From the NCBI GenBank assembly GCA_964463375.1, contig CAYXBQ010000003.1:85221-149220 (forward strand): 64,000 nucleotides of DNA. Reading direction: 5' to 3'. The position numbers and the translations under genes were made by a program. Of the stretch, positions 1 to 9,323 are shown piece by piece; within the stretch, counting starts at the first letter, position 1, and each line of letters opens with the position of its first letter. The notes under the pieces are model-generated. The model was given only the letters and a program-made list of their open reading frames with translations. It was not told where the DNA came from and ran no database searches. The stretch comes from an uncultured Ruminococcus sp. GTDB taxonomy: Bacteria > Bacillota > Clostridia > Oscillospirales > CAG-272.

Positions 1-1027
1 TGACGACGGTGTACTGGGACTGATACAGGGTGTACCGAGGGTTGTCGGGCATACCGCCGTCCACGGAAACATAGTTCCGGAACCCGGTCACCGACTTCAC
101 AGAACCCACCGTGTATACCGTAGCACCGGCGGCCGCCACGATGCTTCTGCCCGGCTCCATCATGATGGCAGGCTTCGGCAGCTGCATTTCGGCACAAATG
201 GCATCGATCTCCTCGCCCAGGTCCCGGATGTTGGCAGCATAATCGATCTGGGGATCCGCTTCCGTATAGCGCACCCCAAAGCCGCCGCCGATGTTCAGGA
301 TCTTTGGCATATAGGACAGCTCTGCCCGCACTCTTGCCGTGAATGCCAGCATGATCTCAGCGGCTTCCCGGAAGGGTGCAATGTCAAACAGCTGGGAGCC
401 CACATGGCAGTGGAACCCATCCAAAACGAGGTTGTGCGCTGCCAACGCTGCCTGCACGAATTCCATGGCCTGCCCGGTCTGGATGGCCATACCGAACTTG
501 GAGTCCACGTTGCCGGTGATGATCTTCTTGTGGGTGTGGGGGTCGATACCGGGGGTGATCCGCAGCAGGATGACCGCCTTTTTGCCCATTTCCCCGGCAA
601 TACGATCCAGGGCAGAGAGCTCGTCCAGCCCATCCACCACAATGTGCCCGACACCCAGCTCCAGCGCATACCGCAGATCCGCGTCGGTCTTGTTGTTGCC
701 GTGGAAGAATACCTTTTCCATGGGGAATCCGGCAGCGTGGGCCGTGTGCAGCTCCCCACCGGAAACGCAGTCTGCCATCAGTCCTTCCTCCGCAATGACT
801 GCGTACAGCTTCTTGATGCACAAAGCCTTCCCGGCATAAATGGGGGTGGAGTCCCCGCCGAAGTACCGGGCGAAATTCTCTTTGTACATCCGGCACATGG
901 CACGCACAGCGTCCACGTCCAGGTAATAAGCGGGGGTGCCATAGGTCTCCGAGAGGGAAATGGCGTCCAGTCCCCCGATGGTCAGATGTCCCTTTTCGTT
1001 GGTATCAAATGTAGGATGCAGCAGCAT
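1..1027 (-). CDS. lysA: Diaminopimelate decarboxylase (3' end runs off the window)
   Basis: Not in the ORF track. Translated by hand from ATG 1027: MLLHPTFDTNEKGHLTIGG...YGTPAY...YAGKA (PLP lysine)...SGGEL...FHGNNK...DSKFG...HCHVGSQ...NIGGGFG...EPGRSIV...VDGGM, the fold-type III PLP decarboxylase motifs. Confidence 0.95.
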   Translation of the reverse strand, partial: MLLHPTFDTNEKGHLTIGGLDAISLSETYGTPAYYLDVDAVRAMCRMYKENFARYFGGDSTPIYAGKALCIKKLYAVIAEEGLMADCVSGGELHTAHAAGFPMEKVFFHGNNKTDADLRYALELGVGHIVVDGLDELSALDRIAGEMGKKAVILLRITPGIDPHTHKKIITGNVDSKFGMAIQTGQAMEFVQAALAAHNLVLDGFHCHVGSQLFDIAPFREAAEIMLAFTARVRAELSYMPKILNIGGGFGVRYTEADPQIDYAANIRDLGEEIDAICAEMQLPKPAIMMEPGRSIVAAAGATVYTVGSVKSVTGFRNYVSVDGGMPDNPRYTLYQSQYTVV

Positions 1028-1083
1028 ATATCGATCTCTACCCCATGGGGGCAGTCCTTTCTATAGGTAAGGTAAAATGAGGA

Positions 1084-1677
1084 TCAGTCCAGGATGGCCG
1101 CCGTGATCTTCTTCCACAGCTCCTCCCGTCCTTCTCCGCTTTTGGCAGAGTACAGGACGTAGGGCACCTCCGGCATATTCTCCTTCATAAAGTCTCCAAA
1201 CTGGTTCCGTTCCGTCCGGTTCAGCTTGTCGCACTTGGTGCCCACCACAATAAAGTTGCACTGGGCTTCGGTCATGTATTCCAGCATATCCCAGTCGTCC
1301 TCCGTAGGCCCGACCCGGCTGTCGATGAGCTGACAGATCAGGCGTACGGAATCGAAGTTGGGATTGCTTGTAAAGTACCCGTCGGTCAGGGTGGACCATT
1401 TCTTCTGGTCCTCCTTGGTGCGCTTGGCATACCCATACCCCGGCAGGTCCACGAGGTACAGCTTCTTATCAATATTGTAGAAGTTCACCGTGATGGTCTT
1501 CCCCGGCTCCCCACTGACGCGTGCCAGGCTCTTGCGGTTCAGCAGGGAATTGATGAGGGAGCTTTTGCCCACATTGGATCGGCCGGAAAAGGCGATCTGG
1601 GGCAGTCTGTCCCCGGGAAACTGCTTGGGCAGGCCGGCAGACATTTGCAGTGTAGCATTGTTCAGATTCCACTTCAT
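1084..1677 (-). CDS. engB: Ribosome biogenesis GTP-binding protein EngB/YihA/YsxC
   Basis: GRSNVGKSS (G1), DLPGYG (G3), TKCDKL (G4). Classic lon-engB order. Start moved to MKWN at 1677 with AAGGA SD. Confidence 0.95.
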   Translation of the reverse strand: MKWNLNNATLQMSAGLPKQFPGDRLPQIAFSGRSNVGKSSLINSLLNRKSLARVSGEPGKTITVNFYNIDKKLYLVDLPGYGYAKRTKEDQKKWSTLTDGYFTSNPNFDSVRLICQLIDSRVGPTEDDWDMLEYMTEAQCNFIVVGTKCDKLNRTERNQFGDFMKENMPEVPYVLYSAKSGEGREELWKKITAAILD

Positions 1678-1806
1678 AGCTTTTCTATCCTTATGTTCAC
1701 GCTGATCCACATAAGCTAACTATCGTTGGCTGCAGAAAATGAACCAAAAAGCGGAGCTCTATGGTTTTTTTGGCGAGTTTTCGACTTTGATCAGCGTTTC
1801 CGTATC

Positions 1807-4224
1807 TTACAGTGTCGTATAGGTGGGTTCCGCATTCCCCGGCAGGATGGGCGACAGCGGCATATCTTCCGCAGGGACAGCATCCGGCAGCGGTAGGGCA
1901 GCAGGCTTCACCAATGCGATATCCAGCACCTCGTCCACACGGGAGACCGGCGTAAAGGTCACCTCCTGCCGCACGATGGGGTCGATGTCCTCCAGATCCT
2001 TCAGGTTGGCCTGGGGGATGAGAATATGCCGGATCCCGGCGGTGTAGGCAGCGGTGGATTTCTCCCGCAGACCGCCAATGGGGATCACACGACCGGTCAG
2101 AGTGATCTCGCCGGTCATGGCAATGTCGCCCCGCACCGGGATCCCGGACAGCGCACTGACAAGGGAGGTGGTCAGCGTCACACCGGCACTGGGCCCATCC
2201 TTGGGAATGGCACCCTCCGGCACGTGGATATGTATATCCTTCGTCTTGTAGAAATCCTCTTCGATCCCCAGCGTCTTGGCGTGGCTCCGGATGTAGCTGA
2301 CGGCAATGTGGGCAGATTCCTTCATCACATCTCCTAAGGTACCGGTCAGCTCGATCTTGCCGGAGCCGGGCATGGGCAGTGCTTCAACCTTCAGCAGATC
2401 GCCGCCCACCTCGGTGTAGGCAAGCCCATTGGTCACGCCCACCTCCGCCTTGCCGGAGATCCCGTCGTCGATGAATTTTCTGCCGCCCAAAAAGTCCTTC
2501 AGGTTCTCCGCCGTGATGGAAACGGATTTCAGCTCCTCCTCCACGATCTTCTTGGCTGCCTTCCGACACAGGGCACCGATCTCTCTTTCCAGCGTCCGCA
2601 CACCGGATTCCCGGGTGTATCCCTGGATCAGCTCGGCAATGGCATCGTCGGAGAGGCGCAGTGTCCGCTTGTTCAGCCCATGCCGCTTCAGCTGCTTCGG
2701 CAGCAAATGGTTCTTGGCAATGGACAGCTTTTCGGCAGGCGTATAGGTGTTCAGCTCAATGATCTCCATCCGGTCGATGAGAGGACGGGGAATGGTGTCC
2801 AGGGTGTTGGCGGTGGCAATGAAGAAGCACTCCGACAGATCCACCGGCATTTCGATAAAGTGATCCCGGAAGGCCTTGTTCTGCTCGGCATCCAGCACTT
2901 CCAGCAGGGCAGAGGCGGGGTCTCCATGGGCATCGGCGCACATCTTATCCACTTCGTCCAGCAGCATCAGGGGATTCATAGAGCCGCACTGGGTCAGCGC
3001 CGTGATGATCCGACCGGGCATGGAGGCCACATAGGTCTTTCTGTGCCCACGAATGTCCGATTCGTCCCGGATACCACCCAAAGATACCCGCACATATTTC
3101 CGCTTCATGGCATGGGCAATGGAGGCGGCCAAAGAGGTTTTCCCCACACCGGGAGGCCCGACCAGACAGATGATCTGGTGCCGCAGCTCCGGATTGAGCT
3201 GTTTTACGGCTAAATATTCCAGCAGCCGTTCCTTCACCTTTTGCAGCCCATCGTGATCGGCATCCAGGATCTTCCGAGCCGCATCGATGTCCACCCGGTC
3301 CGTGGTGCGCTTGTTCCAGGGAATGTCCAGACAAATGTCCAGATAGTTCCGCAAAACCGAGGCTTCCGGGGAACCAAAGGAGGATTTTTGCAGCCGGGAC
3401 AGCTCCTTCATGAGCTTTTCTTCCACTTCCTTGGGCAGCTTGGCCTTCTGGATCCTGCCGTAGTAGTCGTCCTCGTCCCCTTCCTCCAGCTCGTTCTGGA
3501 TGACCTTGAGCTGTTCCCGGAGGTAGTAATCCCGCTGGTTCTCGTCGATCTGCTCCTTGACCTTGTTGTGGATCTCCATTTCGGTCTCCAAAAGCTGGAT
3601 CTCGTTTTCCATGATGACCACAGCCTTTTCCACCCGTTTGGTGGGGTCGGTCACCTCCAGCACCTGCTGCTTGTCTTCAAACCGCACAAACAGACTGGAT
3701 GCCAAAAAATCTGCCAGCAGTCCCGGATTGGTCAGGGAGCGGACAGCCAGCTGGAACTCGTCGGACACCGGCGGCAGGTACTGTAGCATTTCCTCCATGG
3801 AATCGAGCAGCTCCCGGATCAGTGCCTCTGCATTTACATCGGTCGTAGAGGATTCGCCGGTCATGGTCTTGGAGATGATGTCCGCATACAGACAGTCGCT
3901 CTCCTTGATTATTTCGGAAATGTGTCCCCGGCACATGCCTTCTGCGATCACCCGGATGTTGCCATCGGGTCTTTTCAGGGTCTGCTTGATCTTGGCCACG
4001 CAACCAACGGTGTACAGATCCTTCCGATCCGGTGCTTCGCAGCGCAGATCCTTTTGTGCCACCAAAAATACATACATGTCTGCCGCCAACGCCGCTTCAC
4101 ATGCTTTTTTACTCATATCCCGTTCCAGTTCAAAATTGAGCGGAACAGAGGGAAAAGCCACCATGCCCCGCAGCGGTATCACCGGCAGGGTCAGCTTCTC
4201 CACTTTTTCGATAAACCGAGCCAT
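1807..4224 (-). CDS. lon: ATP-dependent Lon protease
   Basis: N-domain LPVIPLRG, Walker [10 protein letters not shown], Walker B LLDEVDK, catalytic PKDGPSAG and GGLREK. Start MARF at 4224. Confidence 0.97.
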   Translation of the reverse strand: MARFIEKVEKLTLPVIPLRGMVAFPSVPLNFELERDMSKKACEAALAADMYVFLVAQKDLRCEAPDRKDLYTVGCVAKIKQTLKRPDGNIRVIAEGMCRGHISEIIKESDCLYADIISKTMTGESSTTDVNAEALIRELLDSMEEMLQYLPPVSDEFQLAVRSLTNPGLLADFLASSLFVRFEDKQQVLEVTDPTKRVEKAVVIMENEIQLLETEMEIHNKVKEQIDENQRDYYLREQLKVIQNELEEGDEDDYYGRIQKAKLPKEVEEKLMKELSRLQKSSFGSPEASVLRNYLDICLDIPWNKRTTDRVDIDAARKILDADHDGLQKVKERLLEYLAVKQLNPELRHQIICLVGPPGVGKTSLAASIAHAMKRKYVRVSLGGIRDESDIRGHRKTYVASMPGRIITALTQCGSMNPLMLLDEVDKMCADAHGDPASALLEVLDAEQNKAFRDHFIEMPVDLSECFFIATANTLDTIPRPLIDRMEIIELNTYTPAEKLSIAKNHLLPKQLKRHGLNKRTLRLSDDAIAELIQGYTRESGVRTLEREIGALCRKAAKKIVEEELKSVSITAENLKDFLGGRKFIDDGISGKAEVGVTNGLAYTEVGGDLLKVEALPMPGSGKIELTGTLGDVMKESAHIAVSYIRSHAKTLGIEEDFYKTKDIHIHVPEGAIPKDGPSAGVTLTTSLVSALSGIPVRGDIAMTGEITLTGRVIPIGGLREKSTAAYTAGIRHILIPQANLKDLEDIDPIVRQEVTFTPVSRVDEVLDIALVKPAALPLPDAVPAEDMPLSPILPGNAEPTYTTL

Positions 4225-4405
4225 ATATAAAAATCTCCATTCTAAGTTTACAATAAACATTCCCCTTTATTATACCACAGAACCGCCCGCAATTCTACAG
4301 GGAATTATGAATATTTGTAACTTTTTTCTGCCGCTGTCACCGAAAAACCTGCCGATCGGGCAACGAAAAAGATCCCCTATGCCCAGATAGAGGATCTGTT
4401 CCATA

Positions 4406-4621
4406 TCATTTGTCCCGCAGGAGCGCCCGGATCGCCAAAACCAGTCCCACGACCGCCAACGCCGTAAAGAGCACGAGCACGACCCATTCTGCGCCACGGA
4501 AGCAGCCGAACACCACGCTGTTTGCCCCCGGCTGACAATTGCATACCACAGCGATGGTCTAGCCCACAAAGCCGATCACGCCGCTCAGCAGCAGACCCAA
4601 CGCAAAAAGCAGCTTTTTCAT
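4406..4621 (-). pseudogene. Small two-TM membrane protein interrupted by an in-frame TAG at codon 21
   Basis: GAGG SD, then MKKLLFALGLLLSGVIGFVG*TIAVVCNCQPGANSVVFGCFRGAEWVVLVLFTALAVVGLVLAIRALLRDK-TGA. TAG at 4561-4559; the frame stays hydrophobic and protein-like after the stop. Confidence 0.7.
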
Positions 4622-4630
4622 ACACGTACC

Positions 4631-5611
4631 TCACCCATTGACCGTGGTGACCAGTGCTACAGCATCGCCGGACAGGGTCACACTGCCCATTCCGGCAGGC
4701 AGGAAGAAGCTGTCCCCCGTGGTGATCTCGTACCGGGTGCCGTCGTGCTCTAAGTACGCATTGTCTGCGTGCAGCACCAGCACCGACTTAAAGCTCTTGT
4801 CGCTGACAAAGAAATCCGTGTTCCCATCCACCGAGGTGATGTGCTTTTTTACCTTGAAGTATTTGCAGTTGCAGATGGTCTTCCCATGCTTGTCCGGTCC
4901 GGCTTCGTACCGCAGTGCCTGTACCTCTGCATCCGTGCGCACCTGCACCACATCCAGTGCCTGTGCCACGTGCAGCTGCCGGAGAGACCCATCGGCCTGT
5001 CGTCTGTCGTAGTCGTAGACCCGGTAGGTCACGTTGGAGTTCTGTTGGATCTCGGCGATCAGGCACCCGGCACCAATGGCGTGTACCTGTCCGGAGGGAA
5101 TGAAGTAGCATTCGCCTGCCTGCACCGGCACATACCGCAGTACCGATTCCGTCTTGCCCTCGGTGACCGCACGGGCAAACTCCTCCTGTGTACAGCCATC
5201 CTTCAGGCCGTATACCAGCTTTGCATCCTCGGTGGCCTCCACGATATACCACATTTCCATTTTGCCCAGCTCCCCTTCGTGGGACAGAGCATAGTCGTCC
5301 CCGGGATGCACCTGGATGGAAAGGTCGTCGCGGGCATCGATGAACTTGATCAGGATGGGGAACCGATCCCCCTTGACCCCGTTGTACCCCAAAATAGACC
5401 GGGGATTGTACCGGATGAATTCATCCAGCGGCACACCGGTGTAGTCTCCGCTGTCGATCACGCTCATCCCGTCCGGCCGCACCGTCAGCTCCCAGCTCTC
5501 TGCCAGCTTGTCAAAGGGTGCCTGCTTGTGGTAACGTTGCTTCAGGCGGTCTCCTCCCCACAGGATCTCTTTGGTCACGGGACGCAGTTTCATCGGATAT
5601 TTTTTCAGCAT
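4631..5611 (-). CDS. manA: Mannose-6-phosphate isomerase class I (cupin)
   Basis: LWGGDRL, AESWE, FPILIKFIDARDDLSIQVHP, EMWYI, HAIGAG, EIQQNSNVTYRVYDYDR. Confidence 0.92.
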   Translation of the reverse strand: MLKKYPMKLRPVTKEILWGGDRLKQRYHKQAPFDKLAESWELTVRPDGMSVIDSGDYTGVPLDEFIRYNPRSILGYNGVKGDRFPILIKFIDARDDLSIQVHPGDDYALSHEGELGKMEMWYIVEATEDAKLVYGLKDGCTQEEFARAVTEGKTESVLRYVPVQAGECYFIPSGQVHAIGAGCLIAEIQQNSNVTYRVYDYDRRQADGSLRQLHVAQALDVVQVRTDAEVQALRYEAGPDKHGKTICNCKYFKVKKHITSVDGNTDFFVSDKSFKSVLVLHADNAYLEHDGTRYEITTGDSFFLPAGMGSVTLSGDAVALVTTVNG

Positions 5612-5655
5612 AGTAGATTCCTTTCCTAAGGCTATGGTGGTATGACAAATTTGTG

Positions 5656-5712
5656 TATATCGGTTTGTGGTAGCTATATCGGTTGGCTTTAGCTATACCG
5701 GTTAGCGTTAGC
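5656..5712. repeat. Three tandem 19-bp direct repeats, consensus TATAYCGGTT-N5-TAGC
   Basis: tatatcggtttgtggtagc (5656-5674), tatatcggttggctttagc (5675-5693), tataccggttagcgttagc (5694-5712). Confidence 0.85.
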
Positions 5713-5720
5713 GACACCGA

Positions 5721-6800
5721 TCAGTCCGGCTCTTCCAGCGCATGGTACAGCCACATTTGCCGCAGCTGCATGGTAAGTCCCCGGTGTGCATGCCGGAACT
5801 TGGCGCAGGTGATCTGGATCTCCGGTAATCGAATACTCGATCGGCTTGCTTCCATCGTCTCCGTCGCAGCAGAACCCATGGTGTCCAGCAGCAGCGGCAG
5901 CATAGTCTCCCGTGCCTCCGGAGCCGTTCGCAGCCGTTCGCAGTCTAAGATGACCGTGTCCGGTGCCAGCACCTGTATGGTGTTGTACAGCGGCACAGCT
6001 ACGACCGAAACGATCTCCTCCGGTGTCTGTGCCTGTCGCAGGGCATCCCCCAATCGTTGCCCATTCGGCAGCACAAGCTCTCCGAATTGACAAGGCTGCG
6101 TGTGCCCATGGAGAAACCGTCCCTCTGCCAAAAATGCACCGGTGGTGATCTCCTCCCCTAAGAACCAGTAGAGGATATTCTTTTCCTCTGAATTTTCGAT
6201 GGCTGCAATATGGGACAGGGCTGCCGCATTTTCGCTGGCCTCCAAAAACAGCGGGAACCCGGTGAAGACCCGCTCCACCTCTTCCCGGATGGCAATGTCT
6301 TCCATGCCCGGCACACGGGGCGCACAGATCCGGTCGGCATTGGCATCGTATCGTCCCGGCAAGGAGACCCCGATCCCAAAGCAGCTGGACAGGTCGTAGT
6401 GCTCCACCACATGGGTCAGTGCTTCTTCCAAAAACGCATGCAGCTCGTCGATCACGGAGCCAACCTCGCCACAGGGACGACGCACCTTCTCCCGCAGTCC
6501 CAGCCGCAGATCCAGAACGGAAAATCGGAAGGGCAGGCAGGACAGATCCAGATTTAGGGCGAACCGATCCGGGTGGATCTGCAAAAGCCCGGCGCGCCGC
6601 CCAACTGTGGCACGCACCTGCTTCTCCTGGGTGAGGATCCCCATGTCCAATAAGGTATCCACCACCTTGCCCACTGTGACCAGACTCAGACCGGTTTGCC
6701 CGGCGATCTGCGCACGGCTGACCTGATCGGCGGCAGCGATGGCATGAAAGATCGCCTTGACGCTTTCCCAACGTATGGATTTCATATTCATAGGACCCAT
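5721..6800 (-). CDS. ROK-family transcriptional regulator (wHTH + ROK domain)
   Basis: SRAQIAGQTGLSLVTVGKVVDTL HTH, VGRR motif, GIGVSLPG. GGAGG SD before ATG 6800. The CxCGxxGC zinc motif is absent. Confidence 0.85.
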   Translation of the reverse strand: MGPMNMKSIRWESVKAIFHAIAAADQVSRAQIAGQTGLSLVTVGKVVDTLLDMGILTQEKQVRATVGRRAGLLQIHPDRFALNLDLSCLPFRFSVLDLRLGLREKVRRPCGEVGSVIDELHAFLEEALTHVVEHYDLSSCFGIGVSLPGRYDANADRICAPRVPGMEDIAIREEVERVFTGFPLFLEASENAAALSHIAAIENSEEKNILYWFLGEEITTGAFLAEGRFLHGHTQPCQFGELVLPNGQRLGDALRQAQTPEEIVSVVAVPLYNTIQVLAPDTVILDCERLRTAPEARETMLPLLLDTMGSAATETMEASRSSIRLPEIQITCAKFRHAHRGLTMQLRQMWLYHALEEPD

Positions 6801-6845
6801 AAGAACGATATGCCTCCACTGCGTATTTCGATGGTTTCTATTCAT

Positions 6846-6874
6846 ATTATACAGGCAATCGCCGGATTTGTCAA
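6846..6874 (-). promoter_or_regulatory. sigmaA promoter for the ROK gene (and probably manA)
   Basis: TTGACA-17bp-TATAAT, perfect consensus. Confidence 0.85.
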
Positions 6875-7026
6875 GGGTCTTTGCGTGAATCCGCACGAAA
6901 ACACAGCATGTCTCCCCATTTTTTGTACCCGACCGTGTATCCCCTTGCCACCGAGCCGCTATCGTTAGACTGTTGCCTTATCGTGGGTGCGGTATGTAGA
7001 ATTTTGCAAAAAAATGCGATTAGCCC

Positions 7027-7055
7027 TTGACATTGGTGTTAGGCGGCTGTATAAT
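7027..7055 (+). promoter_or_regulatory. sigmaA promoter for the BlaI-like gene pair
   Basis: TTGACA-17bp-TATAAT. The -10 sits inside the palindrome CTGTA-TAA-TACAG (7047-7059). Confidence 0.85.
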
Positions 7056-7102
7056 ACAGATAGATCAAACAAAAACACATGGGCAAAGGGGGACGAGCGA
7101 CC

Positions 7103-7546
7103 ATGAACGACCATATGGAAGACAGACTGCGGCAGCAGATCGCCGAAATGCTGGATAGAGCAGAGGACGTGGACTACGAGCTTCAGCTGCCGGAGACCGA
7201 ATACGATGTGATGTGCGCCGTGTGGGACGGAGAGCTCCCCATCACCACCGGCTATCTGATGCAGGTGCTGGGCCACAAACGAGGCTGGAAAACCCCCACG
7301 CTGATCTCCTTCCTCCAGCGTCTGGAGGGACGAGGCTACATCGCATCGGTGAAAAACGGCAGGGAACGGTGCTACTTCCCGTTGGCAGAGAAAAAACGGT
7401 ATCAGGAGGCGGTGACCCGGCGGTTCGTGGAGAAGTACCACGGCGGCTCCTTTTTGGACCTGCTGGATGCTCTGTTCCCGGATCGACAGATGGCAGATGC
7501 CGACATCGATGCGCTGCTCACGTGGCTGCAGGGCGGGGTACGCTGA
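7103..7546 (+). CDS. BlaI/MecI/CopY-family transcriptional repressor
   Basis: LPETEYDVMCAVW...WKTPTLISFLQRLEGRGYI...GRERCYFPL...FVEKYHGGSFLDLLDAL, the penicillinase-repressor pattern, with an extra N-terminal segment of about 25 aa. Confidence 0.9.
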   Translation: MNDHMEDRLRQQIAEMLDRAEDVDYELQLPETEYDVMCAVWDGELPITTGYLMQVLGHKRGWKTPTLISFLQRLEGRGYIASVKNGRERCYFPLAEKKRYQEAVTRRFVEKYHGGSFLDLLDALFPDRQMADADIDALLTWLQGGVR

Positions 7547-8367
7547 TGGCGTTGGAAGTCAACAAGCCCCGGTTCTACGACATCGTCCAGCAGGTCACGA
7601 CCACCGAACACGAACGGTTCAACATCGGCACCTATCAGGAAAAAAAGCTACACCTGTTCATGAAAAATTACTTCGAGTCCGACCCGGCCTGTCAGGAGAT
7701 CCCCTACGCCGGATACGTGGCCGACATCAAGCGGGACGACTGCATCATCGAGATCGAGACCAGTGGCTTCTGCGGCCTGCGGAATAAGTTGGCGGCCTAT
7801 CTGCCCGAATGCCGGGTCACGCTGGTGTATCCCATCGCAGCCGTGCGTGCCCTGTCCTGGATCGATCCGGTGAGCGGCGAGATCTCCCCCCGGCGCAAAT
7901 CCCCCAAGAAGGAGAACGTCTACGACCTGCTGTTTCAGGGGATCTACATTTTAGACTACCTGTCCCATCCCAACCTGACCATTGCCGGCATGTGCATGGA
8001 GATCCAGGAGTACCGGCTACAGGATGGCTGGAACTGGAACAAAAAGCGTGGCTCCCACCGCTACGAATGTATGCCCACGGATCTATACGACATCGTGTCC
8101 ATCACCACACTGGCCGACTATGCCGCACTGCTGCCGGATTCCTGTGTGACGGACTTCACCTTTGCCCAGTTCTGCCATGGTATCGGAAAGAGCCAGCGGG
8201 TCGGCCGGGCAGTGCTGAAGGTGTTCCAGACCTTAGGCTTGATAGCACAGACGGGCAAAAAGGGACGGTATTATCTGTACGCCCGCACCCCTTTGGCAGC
8301 GGCATGCATGGGAGAACAAAGCACGGCAGAGCCGCAGTCCCCGCCGCTTGTGGGGGAGAATTCTTAA
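7546..8367 (+). CDS. Conserved hypothetical protein, PD-(D/E)XK nuclease-like N-terminus and possible C-terminal wHTH
   Basis: Starts at the TGATG overlap. IGTYQEKKLH...EIPYAGYVADI...IIEIET resembles the E..H / D / ExK-like restriction-fold layout. C-terminus FTFAQF...VGRAVLKVFQTLGLIAQTGKKGRYYLY. Confidence 0.7.
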   Translation: MALEVNKPRFYDIVQQVTTTEHERFNIGTYQEKKLHLFMKNYFESDPACQEIPYAGYVADIKRDDCIIEIETSGFCGLRNKLAAYLPECRVTLVYPIAAVRALSWIDPVSGEISPRRKSPKKENVYDLLFQGIYILDYLSHPNLTIAGMCMEIQEYRLQDGWNWNKKRGSHRYECMPTDLYDIVSITTLADYAALLPDSCVTDFTFAQFCHGIGKSQRVGRAVLKVFQTLGLIAQTGKKGRYYLYARTPLAAACMGEQSTAEPQSPPLVGENS

Positions 8368-8404
8368 GTTTTTCTGAGAGTTTTCTACAATTTTGAAAAA
8401 CCCC

Positions 8405-8433
8405 TTGCAATTTCGGTGTGGATTGCGTATAAT
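8405..8433 (+). promoter_or_regulatory. sigmaA promoter
   Basis: TTGCAA-17bp-TATAAT. Confidence 0.75.
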
Positions 8434-8483
8434 AGATATAGCAAATTCTGCAAAAATCTTTCACAAAAAGGATGGAAATCACA

Positions 8484-9203
8484 ATGACTTACGGTATTCA
8501 GATGTATAGCCTCCGGGACATCACCGGGGAAGACTTAGACGGCGCACTGCAGGCAGTTGCCGAAATGGGCTACAAGACGGTAGAATTCGCCGGCTTCTTT
8601 GGCCACTCCGCAGAAGACGTAAAGGCTATGCTGGACAAGTACGGTCTGGTATGTGCCGGTACCCACTCCGGACTGGCCGATCTGCAGAACAACTTCGAAG
8701 AAACGGTCAAGTACCACAAGACCATCGGCAACACCAAGTACATCATCCCCGGCCACGACCTGAGCACTCGTGAAAAGCTGGACGCTTTCATCGACGCTTG
8801 CAACGAGATCGCTCCCAAGCTCCGTGCCGAAGGGATCGAGCTGGGCTTCCACAACCACTCCGGTGAATTCATCCCCACCGCTGAGGGCTATGTGATCCAC
8901 ACCGAGCTGGAAAAGAGATGCGACCTGTTCTTCGAGCTGGACTGCTACTGGGCCTATGTTGCCAAGCTGGATCCCGTGGCTACCCTGGAAAGACTGGGCG
9001 ACTGCGTTAAGTGCATCCACCTGAAGGACGGCTCTCCCGAAGGCAAGGGCTGCTCTCTGGGTCTGGGTTCCGCTCCCGTCAAGGCCGTTCGGGAATACGC
9101 ACTGGCACACGATCTGGGCATCGTAGTAGAAAGCGAAGGCCTGGAACCCACTGGTAAGGAAGAAGTAAAGCGCTGCATCGACTTCCTGAAGAGCCTGGAC
9201 TAA
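8484..9203 (+). CDS. Sugar-phosphate isomerase/epimerase (xylose isomerase-like TIM barrel)
   Basis: GIQMYSLR, GYKTVEFAGF, FHNHSGEF, FELDCYW, HLKDG, VVESE. Strong codon bias. Confidence 0.9.
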   Translation: MTYGIQMYSLRDITGEDLDGALQAVAEMGYKTVEFAGFFGHSAEDVKAMLDKYGLVCAGTHSGLADLQNNFEETVKYHKTIGNTKYIIPGHDLSTREKLDAFIDACNEIAPKLRAEGIELGFHNHSGEFIPTAEGYVIHTELEKRCDLFFELDCYWAYVAKLDPVATLERLGDCVKCIHLKDGSPEGKGCSLGLGSAPVKAVREYALAHDLGIVVESEGLEPTGKEEVKRCIDFLKSLD

Positions 9204-9228
9204 TTTCGTCTACAGAATCATAAGGCTG

Positions 9229-9283
9229 AATGTGCGCCTGAAATGCTGATACCAATGGCGTTTTGGGCGCATTTTCCACTTTT
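9229..9283 (+). terminator. Putative intrinsic terminator hairpin
   Basis: TGCGCCTGAAATGCT / GGCGTTTTGGGCGCA stem with G-U pairs, followed by T-rich sequence. Confidence 0.5.
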
Positions 9284-9323
9284 CGCAAAGCCACCGACAT
9301 CCATATAGAAGGAGTATCGTACG

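Noticed and set aside
4559-4561. Genome-wide TAG recoding or pyrrolysine
   Set aside because: TAG is the normal stop for the GtrA, MATE and ispD genes, and no pyl genes are in the window.
4270-4634. Track ORFs 4377-4634 and 4270-4569
   Set aside because: The third frame (4621-4406) has the SD, the codon usage and the TM pattern; these two are off-frame.
5656-5712. Possible mini-CRISPR array
   Set aside because: The period is only 19 bp with 5-nt variable parts; there is no leader and no cas gene. Kept as a regulatory repeat instead.
7213-7545. N-terminal 111 aa of track ORF 7213-8367
   Set aside because: Overlaps the BlaI gene out of frame; the real start is the TGATG junction at 7546.
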